From: an uncultured Gammaproteobacteria bacterium
GTDB lineage: Bacteria > Patescibacteriota > Patescibacteriia > Magasanikbacterales > UBA922
Length of the DNA: 64,000 nt
Assembly: GCA_964612105.1 (NCBI GenBank)
Contig: CAZTEU010000002.1
Coordinates: 83,697-147,696 of the forward strand
Reading direction: 5' to 3'
This document shows, one piece after another, positions 51,001 through 60,725 of this stretch (its first letter is position 1; every line of letters starts with the position of its first letter). Both the position numbers and the translations under genes were made by a program. The notes beneath the pieces were generated by a model. The model did not search any database and was not told the origin of the DNA. It worked only from the letters and a program-made list of their open reading frames with translations.

Positions 51001-51849
51001 TTATGACAAGGCGTTGTTGAGAAGCTCACCAACACCACCTGCACCAGGAACGATGTAGTGGTTGTCGGTCAGACCTCGTTCTTCGTCTGGGTGTGCACCC
51101 GGAATGCTGTTGAGTGCCTTTTCGGATGACAGTCCACGATCCAGGCGCAGAGCCCAAATCTCCATCTTGGGAAACCGCTTGGTCACGTGCCGGATGAACT
51201 CCGGAGTGACCATGAGGTTCATGGAAATCATCTTCGCGGGCATGCCCGGAACGGCGTCTCCAGCGTACAGCTCTGCAGCCTTGCACAGCGAGTGGCCTGT
51301 GGCTCCCATTGGATCTGGGAAGATGACGATGTGCTCGTCCACATTACCACAAGGCTTGAAGCCCGACAGTCCTGCACCAGTGACACGCTCAGACTTCCCC
51401 TCAACAGTCCTCTGCATCATGAGGTGATCCTGGTGAAGACCAGCAGGCAGGAGGATTTCCCCAAGCGCCTCGAAACAAACACCCGCTGGCGACGTGCCCG
51501 CACGAGCGACGTTCACAACCGTGACTTTTGTATCGTAGTCAACCACAGGCGCATGAAACTGCGCTTGCGCTGGATACTGCCTCACCATGCGAGTTGTCGC
51601 ACGTCTGTGGAAGCGTGGAAATGACCTGGAAACCACCGTGTGAATCATCCGGCGGTAAAGCTGTTTGACCAGCTTGTTCATCCGAGGGTGTAGACACTCC
51701 TCCGACCCGAACTCCGCCAGCCAGGTGAAGATCATGGGGTCCCAGGCCAAGTGCACCTTGGAACCGTAGAAGTGATGCACCTCGTCGGCACGAACCGCCG
51801 TCCCTTCTTGGTGTTTTTCCGTGTAAATGATATCGAAATGAGCAGGCAT
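51001..51849 (-). CDS. upp: uracil phosphoribosyltransferase, long form
   Basis: VARAG, FPDPMGATGHS PRPP motif, YIVPGAGGVG; AAGGAG SD before ATG 51849. Confidence 0.85.
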   Translation of the reverse strand: MPAHFDIIYTEKHQEGTAVRADEVHHFYGSKVHLAWDPMIFTWLAEFGSEECLHPRMNKLVKQLYRRMIHTVVSRSFPRFHRRATTRMVRQYPAQAQFHAPVVDYDTKVTVVNVARAGTSPAGVCFEALGEILLPAGLHQDHLMMQRTVEGKSERVTGAGLSGFKPCGNVDEHIVIFPDPMGATGHSLCKAAELYAGDAVPGMPAKMISMNLMVTPEFIRHVTKRFPKMEIWALRLDRGLSSEKALNSIPGAHPDEERGLTDNHYIVPGAGGVGELLNNALS

Positions 51850-51991
51850 GTTCTTTCTCCTTTTTGCACTCTTGTATTGGCGCAAATTATGAACAGCTTA
51901 CACTAATATCAGCATAAAAGCAAGAAGCACCTGCGCTTATCGACGAATCGACTTGCGCTAGGTGCTCTTTACTCCTTTTTTTTGTTCTTCG

Positions 51992-53020
51992 CTAGCCAGG
52001 TATGCCGAGTGGTAGCACAGCCTGTCCGTTGCTGTTGTCAGCAGTAGGACTTCCCCTCTCTGCTCGCATGCGCTCCAGCTCCGGTCCGATCAACCACTCC
52101 AGCTCTTCCCTGATTGTTGGGTAGAATCTGCTGTCAGGATTGGTCAGAATTGCTCCACGAAGGTGCATCCGTGAGCTCCTGTCTGGAACCTCGTCTGGCA
52201 GATGCCCCCGAACCAACTCAGCAATGATCTTCGTGGCATTGCTGGCGTTCTGGGTCATGTTTCTCACGACTCTTGCATTGTCGACGTGCTCACCATCCTT
52301 CCAAGCATCCAGGTCTGTGACCAGTGCCATGTGCCCATGAATGAAACCAAGCTCCGCAGCGAGACAGGCTTCCTGTGCCCAGTTCATACCGACAACATCC
52401 ACCTTTATGTCACTCACTTCAAGAATGCCTCCATTCATGTTCTTGTACAGAAGTGACTCCGCCTTTGTGGAGAACTGTGGACCATCGATGCAGATATGTG
52501 CGGATGGTGTTGTGTGTCGCCAGAAGAGCGTCTTGTCTTCCATGCCGAGAGCACGTTGACCGGCTCTGATCAGCGCGATGCGGAATTCCGGGTCCACCGG
52601 CGTTGCTGTGCTCACATGTCCCGCAAGACCTCTCCTCCAGAAGAAGGTCTTCTGACGATTGCTGGTCCTGTTGATGAAGTGCGTTGGAAGCACGATCCTG
52701 CACTCTTCGATTGCTTCTTGGAGCGAACCCACCGCGTTCACCGAGAGTGTGTGTGTCGCGTGCAACATATCGAGTACATGGAAATGCGCCCTGGACTGGA
52801 TCAGCGAAGGCGGGTCTGTATGATCCTCCCCGTGACGATTCACGAAGATAATATTCTTCCCTGCCATCTCGCCAACCACCACGTGTACTCCAGGCGGACC
52901 CTCGTCCAGCACTTCGTAGTACGGACTCTTGTAGTAACGACTCTCGAGAATCGTCATACCTTCGATCATGGCGAGTCCTGTGCCGCCTATCACTCCCAAC
53001 ACCGTTGGTTGTGTTTTCAT
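51992..53020 (-). CDS. MTA/purine nucleoside phosphorylase (MTAP family)
   Basis: GVIGGTG, NRHG..H, AVGSL, GPQFSTKAES, VVGM, VTDLD; GGAGG SD before ATG 53020. Confidence 0.88.
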   Translation of the reverse strand: MKTQPTVLGVIGGTGLAMIEGMTILESRYYKSPYYEVLDEGPPGVHVVVGEMAGKNIIFVNRHGEDHTDPPSLIQSRAHFHVLDMLHATHTLSVNAVGSLQEAIEECRIVLPTHFINRTSNRQKTFFWRRGLAGHVSTATPVDPEFRIALIRAGQRALGMEDKTLFWRHTTPSAHICIDGPQFSTKAESLLYKNMNGGILEVSDIKVDVVGMNWAQEACLAAELGFIHGHMALVTDLDAWKDGEHVDNARVVRNMTQNASNATKIIAELVRGHLPDEVPDRSSRMHLRGAILTNPDSRFYPTIREELEWLIGPELERMRAERGSPTADNSNGQAVLPLGIPG

Positions 53021-53080
53021 CTCGTCCCTCCATGGCGCCTTGGCGCCTGTTGTGTCCTTTCGGATTTTATCACCGCAGGA

Positions 53081-54179
53081 CATGAGCGTCAAACCTTTTC
53101 CTTAAGGTCTGGTTCGATCAGTCTGTAATAAATCTCCATCGCTTTTGCAAGAACATCTGGAGGGACAGCTTTTGACAACACACCGATTTGATCCAGTGCA
53201 TAGTCGAGAAGCACCTCTTCCTTACTAAGCTTATCATACCAAGACCTTGGAACCTTTGCTGTCCAGACGTTCAGATACGCTCTTACCGTTGAGTCGTCTC
53301 GCACCCCACGAAGCCATCCGCTTTCTCTCATTCTGTCCACGAACACACGGTAGGCCTTCTTGTTCTTGAAGGTTCTTCCAGGACCCACCATTTTTCTTGT
53401 GAACTTAGAAGTGTGGAATGGAATTCCTCCTGACAATTGGAACAGCTCTTGTCTAGTTGCATTTGCAGCTTCCATCGTACCAGACATCTTTGTTGTGGCC
53501 CCTTCTATGGCCTCCGAAGGTTCTATGCATAATTCTGATGTAAAGATGGCGAGAGTAACTTGGAGCTCCCACAAGAGCATCCCTTCGTCTGCAGGACATG
53601 CAGCCCGAAGTTCGTCAGGAAGGTTCTTATCTACCCAGGAGTACAGGTAACCAACCTCTCCTGTGTGCGTATGGCGAATTCCTTTGAGCCATCCCCTTCT
53701 ACAGGCCCGTGATAGAAACGAACGAAAGGACTGGTCTGTTGAGAAGTGGGCGTCCAGCCCATTACCAACCATTTCATAGGACATGTCCTTGGCGTAAAAC
53801 GGACGAGCTTGAGATTTTACACGCAAACGGATCATGCGCGTAAGATGTTCTCGAGCCTTCCCACTCATAATTCTAGTCCTTGGTGTTGGCACGGACCCAA
53901 TATCTTCTACGACCTGTTTTGCCCAGGCACTTCTACCCCTCTTGAACCTGTACTGATAGTCCGACCAACCACCGTTTGCCCTTAATGACGCGTGCCTGCG
54001 CTCCAAAAGACGTCCTGGATGATCTTCTACGATTGAGTTCTTGTTGATCTCGCGGACGATATCTCCAACTGATGTTATGGAAGGTACCTTATGGTCTCTT
54101 GCTGCGAGACTAACGTCTGGAATATAGAACCAGCCCAAGCCAAAGCGGTAGTATATCCACCGCATGAGCGTCAAACCTT
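53081..54179. repeat. 17-bp direct repeat bracketing the 372-aa ORF
   Basis: catgagcgtcaaacctt at 53081-53097 and 54163-54179. Confidence 0.85.
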
Positions 54180-54207
54180 CTGACATGTTACTATCTTGGC
54201 ATGTCAT
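53089..54207 (-). CDS. hypothetical protein with internally repeated winged-helix-like units
   Basis: GGAGGTG SD; FRSFLSRACRRGWLKG resembles YRVFVDRMRESGWLRG. Confidence 0.7.
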   Translation of the reverse strand: MTCQDSNMSEGLTLMRWIYYRFGLGWFYIPDVSLAARDHKVPSITSVGDIVREINKNSIVEDHPGRLLERRHASLRANGGWSDYQYRFKRGRSAWAKQVVEDIGSVPTPRTRIMSGKAREHLTRMIRLRVKSQARPFYAKDMSYEMVGNGLDAHFSTDQSFRSFLSRACRRGWLKGIRHTHTGEVGYLYSWVDKNLPDELRAACPADEGMLLWELQVTLAIFTSELCIEPSEAIEGATTKMSGTMEAANATRQELFQLSGGIPFHTSKFTRKMVGPGRTFKNKKAYRVFVDRMRESGWLRGVRDDSTVRAYLNVWTAKVPRSWYDKLSKEEVLLDYALDQIGVLSKAVPPDVLAKAMEIYYRLIEPDLKEKV

Positions 54208-54311
54208 TACTCACCTCCGTGCGATGAATTGATGTAAACTCTTACGAGCCACACTTGGACGCTATCACTTTTCCTTATAAAATTCAAGACCTCTGCCGTG
54301 TACTCACGCAT
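54207..54311 (-). CDS. 34-aa small ORF (MREYTAEVLNFIRKSDSVQVWLVRVYINSSHGGE)
   Basis: cAGGAaagcgcatATG; stop overlaps the next start (TAATG); below the ORF-track cutoff. Confidence 0.4.
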   Translation of the reverse strand: MREYTAEVLNFIRKSDSVQVWLVRVYINSSHGGE

Positions 54312-54334
54312 ATGCGCTTTCCTGCGACAGAGGT

Positions 54335-54799
54335 CTAGTCCTTGTTTGTCCAGCGATATCTACCGCGACTCACTCTCTCCAGAAGTTCGTGTTGGATAAG
54401 GGTTTCCAACATACGGTATCGTGCTGTCCTATTGCGAGAAGGTCTCCAATCCTCACGCTTGGAAAACTCAGCCAAGTCGTCCGTTGTAAACTCCGGACCG
54501 GTAAGCTCCCAAAGTTGCTCTGCTCCGTAGACAGACTTCATCCTCCCCCATTTCTCAGTCCCGTAGACCCATTCGTAGCTGAAGGTATGCCTTGGTCTTG
54601 GGTGCTTTGTGCTCTTGTGCACAGTCTGTCGTATCCACCCTTTTTCCACAAACCTGTTGAGTATGGTTACTGCGAAAGTTGCGGTAGGTAGTGGCGAATT
54701 ATGACCTGTAAGGTCGTTCACGTGTGCGAACTTGAACTCGTCGTTCGGGATTTGGCCACGCAACCAATCCCGGAGCTCTGTGTCTCTTTCTGGTTGCAT
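54335..54799 (-). CDS. hypothetical protein with two winged-helix-like units
   Basis: GGAGGT SD; LNRFVEKGWI and LETLIQHELLERVSRGRY are wHTH-like C-terminal patterns. Confidence 0.7.
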   Translation of the reverse strand: MQPERDTELRDWLRGQIPNDEFKFAHVNDLTGHNSPLPTATFAVTILNRFVEKGWIRQTVHKSTKHPRPRHTFSYEWVYGTEKWGRMKSVYGAEQLWELTGPEFTTDDLAEFSKREDWRPSRNRTARYRMLETLIQHELLERVSRGRYRWTNKD

Positions 54800-54800
54800 A

Positions 54801-55034
54801 TTAACCTCCGCCTCTCTTCTGTGTCCTTAGGTCCTCGTGCAACATGTAGTGAGGCAGTCCTCTTTTCCTGCGTCCCGCCTTCTTGAGCACACCCAAGGCA
54901 ATGAGTCGGTCTACGGGTATACGAATCCCAGTGTTGCGAATCTCACTGACTGTGTATTTCCCATTCTGACCAAGATGCGCTTTGATTCTCATCACAGCCC
55001 GCTTCACAGGCTCTGGAAGTTCTGAAAGCTTCAT
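54801..55034 (-). CDS. small hypothetical winged-helix-like protein
   Basis: cAGGAGaagactATG; VDRLIALGVLKK..HY; TTGACT-N17-TAGTGT promoter at about 55123-55095. Confidence 0.65.
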   Translation of the reverse strand: MKLSELPEPVKRAVMRIKAHLGQNGKYTVSEIRNTGIRIPVDRLIALGVLKKAGRRKRGLPHYMLHEDLRTQKRGGG

Positions 55035-55179
55035 AGTCTTCTCCTGTATTGCGACCTACCGGTCTTGGCTGGTGGAAACACTCCTTGTACAGAGACACTA
55101 GCAGAACAAAGACACAAAGTCAACCTGTTGCTCACCCTAAAACCTCGTGCTATAATCCCGCTATGTATAATGTATAACT

Positions 55180-55632
55180 ATGTATAAAGGAAAACTGTAT
55201 ATTGCTAGTGACCATGGGGGATATAAGCTAAAAAAGCGTCTTATTCGCTATGTGGAAAAAGAGCTAAAACTAAAAATTGAGGATATGGGACCACATGAGT
55301 ATAATGAAGAAGACGATTATCCAGATTATATTATTCCTCTTGCTAATGAGGTGGTAAAAAATAAAGGACGTGGTATAGCAATATGCAGAAATGGAATCGG
55401 GGTGTCTGTTGCATCTAATAAGGTGAAAGGGATACGTGCAGGAGTTGGATATAGTATAAAAGTGGCAGAAAGTATGATGAAAGATGATAATACAAACATA
55501 CTTGCTCTTGCTGGAGACACACTTTCACAGGATCATGCAATGGCGATTGTAAAAAGATGGCTCAAAACTGAGTTTAGTAAAGAGAAACGCCACAAGCGAA
55601 GAATTAATAAAGTTATGGCGATAGAGAAATAA
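55180..55632 (+). CDS. rpiB: ribose-5-phosphate isomerase B
   Basis: IASDHGG, DYPD, ASNKVKGIRA, RHKRRI. Confidence 0.92.
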   Translation: MYKGKLYIASDHGGYKLKKRLIRYVEKELKLKIEDMGPHEYNEEDDYPDYIIPLANEVVKNKGRGIAICRNGIGVSVASNKVKGIRAGVGYSIKVAESMMKDDNTNILALAGDTLSQDHAMAIVKRWLKTEFSKEKRHKRRINKVMAIEK

Positions 55633-55633
55633 T

Positions 55634-56290
55634 ATGTCCGTTAAGATAATCCCATCTACACTTGTACAATCCAAAAATGAGTTTCTTTCGCAGATAAAAG
55701 GACTAGGAGAGTCCTTAGATATGATTCAGCTGGATATTGCAGATGGAGGGTTTGTAGACAATAAGACCTGGGCTGACCCAAAAGTAGTAAGAAATATATC
55801 TTTGGATGTCGAACTACATTTAATGGTAGATGATCCATACGAAGAACTAAAAAAATGGGAGGCTGTTTCTCAGATAAAAAGAGTGCTTATCCATTACGAA
55901 TCAGAGGGGGAAAGCACAAAAGAGTTGATACATAAACTAAAAGATAATAATATTTGGCAAATAGGCGTTGTCCTTAATCCTGAGACAGACATTTCTGTTC
56001 TAGAGTCATTTCTTGGAAGTATAGATGTTGTGATGTTCATGGGGGTACACCCTGGATTACAAGGTCAGTCATTTTTACCAGAAACTCTAGAAAAAATAAG
56101 GCAATTTAAAAATATGAACACAAGCCACATGATTTCCATAGACGGTGGTGTAAACAAAGAAACAATAAATGATATTGTAATGGCTGGAGCAGACATCGTC
56201 TGTCCCGGAAGTGCAATATTTCATACGGATAAAACTCCCTCAGAAAATGTTGAGGAGATGAAATACATAATAGATAATATTAATAAATAG
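55634..56290 (+). CDS. rpe: ribulose-phosphate 3-epimerase
   Basis: DIADGGFV, HLMV, LNPET, MGVHPG..GQ, IDGGV. Confidence 0.92.
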   Translation: MSVKIIPSTLVQSKNEFLSQIKGLGESLDMIQLDIADGGFVDNKTWADPKVVRNISLDVELHLMVDDPYEELKKWEAVSQIKRVLIHYESEGESTKELIHKLKDNNIWQIGVVLNPETDISVLESFLGSIDVVMFMGVHPGLQGQSFLPETLEKIRQFKNMNTSHMISIDGGVNKETINDIVMAGADIVCPGSAIFHTDKTPSENVEEMKYIIDNINK

Positions 56291-56292
56291 AT

Positions 56293-57261
56293 ATGGCACA
56301 AGAAGAACTATTGGACTTGGTAATAATAGGAGCTGCTGCTGCAGGAAGCGCAGCTGCAATATATGCAGCAAGAAGACACCTCAACTTTGTTATGGTTGCA
56401 AAAGACACAGGTGGTGAAGTTGCTCTTTCTGGAGAAGTAGAGAACTGGCCAGGAACAATTAACACAACAGGTTTTGAGCTTGCAAAGAACTTTAATGATC
56501 ATGTTAAGTCCTATAATGTAAAAATAGATGAGGGTTTTGGTGTTACAAAAATAGAACAAGAAAAAAACTATCATGTTGTACACGCAGAAACTTCTACTGG
56601 AAAAACTCAGTCTTATAAAACAAAGAGTGTAATCATAGCAAGCGGAATCCATCCAAGGTTATTAGAAATCCCAGGAGAAAAAGAATTAAAAGGAAAAGGG
56701 GTTACGTACTGTACTGTGTGTGACGGACCTCTTTTTGGAGGTAAGACTACTGCAACAATCGGTGCTGGTAATTCTGCTGTGGAGTCCGCACTAATGATGG
56801 CAGAAATTGCAGAGAAGGTTTTTCTTGTTACAAAATATGCAGACACACCAGAAAACAAAGGTGGTTTTCCAAAAGCAGAGGATATTCTTGTAAAGAAACT
56901 AAAAGAAAAGAAGAATGTGGAAATTATATATAGTGCATCTACAAAGGAAATCACAGGAGATGGAATGGTGTCTGGTATAAAATATGAGGATACAGCCACC
57001 AAAGAAAATAAAGAAATAAAAGTAGATGGAGTAATGGTTCATATTGGAATGATTCCAAACTCTGACTTTGTAACCTGTGGCAAAAAGAACAAAGCAGGAG
57101 AGATTGTGGTAAACACTCGTTGTGAAACAGATTGCCCTGGTATTTTTGCAGCTGGAGATGTTACAGACATTCCCTTCAAACAAATTAGTATTGCAGTAGG
57201 GCATGGGGCAACATCTGCGTTGTCTGCAATAGATTATCTCAACAAATGGGAGCCTAAGTAG
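56293..57261 (+). CDS. trxB: thioredoxin reductase-like FAD oxidoreductase
   Basis: YCTVCDG, GAGNSA, GIFAAGDV. Confidence 0.88.
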   Translation: MAQEELLDLVIIGAAAAGSAAAIYAARRHLNFVMVAKDTGGEVALSGEVENWPGTINTTGFELAKNFNDHVKSYNVKIDEGFGVTKIEQEKNYHVVHAETSTGKTQSYKTKSVIIASGIHPRLLEIPGEKELKGKGVTYCTVCDGPLFGGKTTATIGAGNSAVESALMMAEIAEKVFLVTKYADTPENKGGFPKAEDILVKKLKEKKNVEIIYSASTKEITGDGMVSGIKYEDTATKENKEIKVDGVMVHIGMIPNSDFVTCGKKNKAGEIVVNTRCETDCPGIFAAGDVTDIPFKQISIAVGHGATSALSAIDYLNKWEPK

Positions 57262-57304
57262 TAGCTAGTTTGCGGGAAAATAGGAATAGTGCTAGGATAA
57301 AAAT

Positions 57305-57505
57305 ATGAACATAGCAAAGATTAAAACAAAGAAGCCTATAATCACGTTGTTGGACTTTTTTAGCATGAGAAGTGGGGCAAAAAGTAGTGCAGAAAAAGGG
57401 CAAAAAGTGGACAAGATTATAGAAAATGCCAGGAAGGACTACAACGCGGGTAATTACACTACTCATAAAAATGCTAAAAGCATCATTGCAGAATTAGAAT
57501 CATAA
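57305..57505 (+). CDS. putative antitoxin
   Basis: Small ORF upstream of the RelE-like gene; ARKDYNAG..IIAELE C-terminus. Confidence 0.55.
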   Translation: MNIAKIKTKKPIITLLDFFSMRSGAKSSAEKGQKVDKIIENARKDYNAGNYTTHKNAKSIIAELES

Positions 57506-57521
57506 TTTATCTGAGATTAGT

Positions 57522-57785
57522 ATGGAGGTTAATCTCTCACCGGGCTTTAAACGAGCCTACAAAAAAATGACGCAACAAATTAGGGAGGATTTTCAAGAAA
57601 AAATTACTATTTTTTGCAAGAATCCAAGACATCCATCACTTAAAACGCACAAACTGAAAGGTTATTTACAAGAATGTTTTGCGTTTCGACTCAAAAATGG
57701 ATATAGGGTTCTTTTTGAATTTAAAAAACCAAACACGGTTAATATGCCAGACATAGGACCTCATGATTTATACAAAAAGAGATAA
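57522..57785 (+). CDS. RelE/YafQ-family toxin
   Basis: SPGFKRAYKK, LKTHKLKG, YRVLF, DIGPHD. Confidence 0.85.
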   Translation: MEVNLSPGFKRAYKKMTQQIREDFQEKITIFCKNPRHPSLKTHKLKGYLQECFAFRLKNGYRVLFEFKKPNTVNMPDIGPHDLYKKR

Positions 57786-57786
57786 T

Positions 57787-59349
57787 ATGAGGAACAAATA
57801 CATAGTAATACTAATTGGACTCTTCCTCCTTCAATTCTTTTTTGTCTCCCCAATCGGTGAGTTTGCTCTTAATGATGACTGGGTGCAGGCAGACACTGTT
57901 AGACATTTAACAGAAGCTGGGGAATGGAGAGTTATGCCTTATGCAGGGGCAACATTTCATGCCTTAGTTGGTTATGGCTCATTCTTTACCTCTATGTTTG
58001 GCTTCTCATTTACAGTTCTGCGTATCTCTACTCTTATACTAATGCTTACAACTATTGTTGTGAGTTTTTTACTGTTTGAAAAAATAACAAAAAATAAAAA
58101 GTTGAGTTTTGTTGGAACATTACTACTCTGGTTAAACCCGATTGTCTATAATCTTTCTTTTACTTTCATGACAGATGTTCCTGCTTTATTTCTCCTTATC
58201 GCAGGAATGTATTTATACCTAATAGGCTTTGAGAGAAAGAAGTCTGTTTTGGTCTTCCTAGCATCTTCTCTTTGTGTTATTGGCTTCTATACAAGACAGA
58301 CAAATATACTATTACTTGTAGCAGGACTTGTATTTTCTTGTTATAAGAAAAGGCTGTCGTACAAAGAAATATTACTTACGTTTGGAATACCACTAATCAT
58401 TGGGGCTGGAATATATTTTGGGTTGTCTGCCAAAGATTTATTACCACAAACAACAGACTCTCATATTATAAAAGGTTTTTGGCGACAAATAGGCCATATG
58501 AAGTGGTGGAGTTTTTATATTCCAATGTATCTTGGTATGTTTCTATCCCCTCTTACTTTTGGATGGTTAGTAAAACAAAAAGATGTACTAAAAAACTCTC
58601 GTCTTTTAGTTATCGTATTTGTTTCCACTCTATTTGCACTTATTATTCGTCAAGCATTTCACTTACAAATGCCTTATGTGTCTAATATGATAGACATATA
58701 TGGTCTAGCCCCAATGAGCGGTGTATTGCGAGGTTTGTTTATTCCAATATTCTCCAGTAAGCTGTGGGGCGTGATTACATTACTAAGTGCAGGCAGTGTG
58801 GGTATAGGTGTTGAGATGTTGTTACAAAAGAAAGATAGGTTTAATTATTGGTTTATATACTTATTTGGCGTCTTATACACTCTTGCCTTACTTGCTTTTG
58901 ACAGTTTCGATCGTTACATAATAATGCTAATACCTGTACTTATAATTGCGCTTATTAAAAGTATAGGAAAAGACTTTTCCTACTCTGTGTCTGCAATTAT
59001 CCTTTGTGTCTTCGCTATATACGGAATTAGCCAAACCCAATTCTATATGAACTGGAATAACACAAGATGGAAACTAGCTGATGAAGTATTAATAGAAATG
59101 AAGCTAGAGCCAAAAAATATAGATGCTGGGTACGAGTGGAATGGTTGGCATGATTATTGGAGAGCGTCTAAAGAAGGTCCAGAACCAATCCCAAATAATA
59201 ACCCTTGGTGGATTCTTGGATTATTTACAGATAACACAGAAGACATAGTGGTGTCTCAATCTGCAATGGAAGGATATAGTGTTATAAAAGAAGAAAAGGT
59301 GAGAGGTTGGAACCCAAACAATATTCTGTTTGTTTTGCAAAAATCATAG
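57787..59349 (+). CDS. GT-C (family 39/ArnT-like) membrane glycosyltransferase
   Basis: LNDDW, LRIS, FMTDVP, many TMs. Confidence 0.85.
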   Translation: MRNKYIVILIGLFLLQFFFVSPIGEFALNDDWVQADTVRHLTEAGEWRVMPYAGATFHALVGYGSFFTSMFGFSFTVLRISTLILMLTTIVVSFLLFEKITKNKKLSFVGTLLLWLNPIVYNLSFTFMTDVPALFLLIAGMYLYLIGFERKKSVLVFLASSLCVIGFYTRQTNILLLVAGLVFSCYKKRLSYKEILLTFGIPLIIGAGIYFGLSAKDLLPQTTDSHIIKGFWRQIGHMKWWSFYIPMYLGMFLSPLTFGWLVKQKDVLKNSRLLVIVFVSTLFALIIRQAFHLQMPYVSNMIDIYGLAPMSGVLRGLFIPIFSSKLWGVITLLSAGSVGIGVEMLLQKKDRFNYWFIYLFGVLYTLALLAFDSFDRYIIMLIPVLIIALIKSIGKDFSYSVSAIILCVFAIYGISQTQFYMNWNNTRWKLADEVLIEMKLEPKNIDAGYEWNGWHDYWRASKEGPEPIPNNNPWWILGLFTDNTEDIVVSQSAMEGYSVIKEEKVRGWNPNNILFVLQKS

Positions 59350-59364
59350 TGATATAATGTATAT

Positions 59365-59673
59365 ATGAATTTAGAACATTGTGTACCACTAGTACCAACG
59401 TGTACAAATGAAGTAACTATCCTAGTCGTTGCTATTCTTGGCACGATTCTTTTGATATACTCTCAATTTGTGGAAGCAGAGCATCGCAGAGATGTTATTC
59501 GCATGCTTGGAGCTGCAGGTCTTTTTGTTTATTCATACTTTGTTGCAGATAAAATATTTATGGTAGCTTCTGCTGGTATTTTTCTTGCAGCACTAGTTGA
59601 GTTCATAGAAATATTGCTTGGATTACACAGACACAAGAGAGAAGATATAACTAGATATAAAAAAATGAAATAA
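59365..59673 (+). CDS. small membrane protein
   Basis: Three hydrophobic segments. Confidence 0.7.
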   Translation: MNLEHCVPLVPTCTNEVTILVVAILGTILLIYSQFVEAEHRRDVIRMLGAAGLFVYSYFVADKIFMVASAGIFLAALVEFIEILLGLHRHKREDITRYKKMK

Positions 59674-59674
59674 T

Positions 59675-60646
59675 ATGTTGGATATTGTAACAATAGGTGA
59701 TGCATTAATGGATATATTTCTTGTGCTGGACGAGTCAGATGCTAATTGTGTAATTAATAAGAAATCAAAGAAGTTGTGTTTTGAGTATGCAGATAAGATA
59801 TGTATACAGCATTCTACACACGCTGTTGGAGGAAACGCAGCAAACGTTGCGATTGGCACAAAGAAATTAGGGTTGGATTCTGCAATTATGACAGAGCTTG
59901 GAGATGATATTAATGGGCAAGTTGTCTTTAATAAGTTCAAAGAGCGTGGAGTAGATACCCGCATGATAAAAATACACAAAGGAAAGGAAACGAGGTACTC
60001 AGTGGTATTAAATTACGACGCGGAACGCACAATACTTAGTTATCATGTACCAAGGAAATATAAGCTTGCAAAAATACCTGCAACAAAGTTAATTTACTAC
60101 ACATCACTAGGAAAATCTTTTGAGGGTTTGCAAAACAAGTTGGTTGACTACCTTAAAAAACACAAGTCTACAAAACTTGCTATCAACCCAGGTTCGTATC
60201 AATTTCGTAATGGGCTTAAAAAGATAAAAGAAATAATACCAATGGCAGATATTCTTATTGTAAATAAAGAAGAGGCGGGAAAGCTTCTCGGAAAGAAGGC
60301 TCAATCAAAACAATGTGCAAAAGCATTAAATAAAATGGGTGCAAAGATTGCTGTAGTCACAGACGGAATGGATGGATCATATGCATCAGATGGAATAAAC
60401 CTTTGGCACCTAAAACCATACCCAATTAAACCTGTAGCAAAGACAGGTGCTGGAGACGCATATACAAGTGGCTTTTTGTCTGCAATAATTGCAGGAAAAG
60501 ACATACAAGAGGCTATGCAGTGGGGCACAGCCAACGCTGGAAGTACTGTTTTACAGTTTGGGGCGCAGAAGGGGTTGGCTTCTCGTGCAGGGGTACGGAA
60601 AATCATACAAAAGTACAAGAATAACAAGCCAAAAAAACTCACTTGA
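59675..60646 (+). CDS. PfkB-family carbohydrate kinase
   Basis: GGNAANVA, NKEEA, TGAGDAY. Confidence 0.92.
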   Translation: MLDIVTIGDALMDIFLVLDESDANCVINKKSKKLCFEYADKICIQHSTHAVGGNAANVAIGTKKLGLDSAIMTELGDDINGQVVFNKFKERGVDTRMIKIHKGKETRYSVVLNYDAERTILSYHVPRKYKLAKIPATKLIYYTSLGKSFEGLQNKLVDYLKKHKSTKLAINPGSYQFRNGLKKIKEIIPMADILIVNKEEAGKLLGKKAQSKQCAKALNKMGAKIAVVTDGMDGSYASDGINLWHLKPYPIKPVAKTGAGDAYTSGFLSAIIAGKDIQEAMQWGTANAGSTVLQFGAQKGLASRAGVRKIIQKYKNNKPKKLT

Positions 60647-60725
60647 CAAATCCTAGAACACCCTCTAGGGTTTTTTAATACTCGTTTGACAGTTACCCCA
60701 AAAGACAAATATACTACTCACATAT

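Noticed and set aside
50440-55125. Prophage or integrative element
   Set aside because: No integrase, att-tRNA, replication or structural genes recognised.
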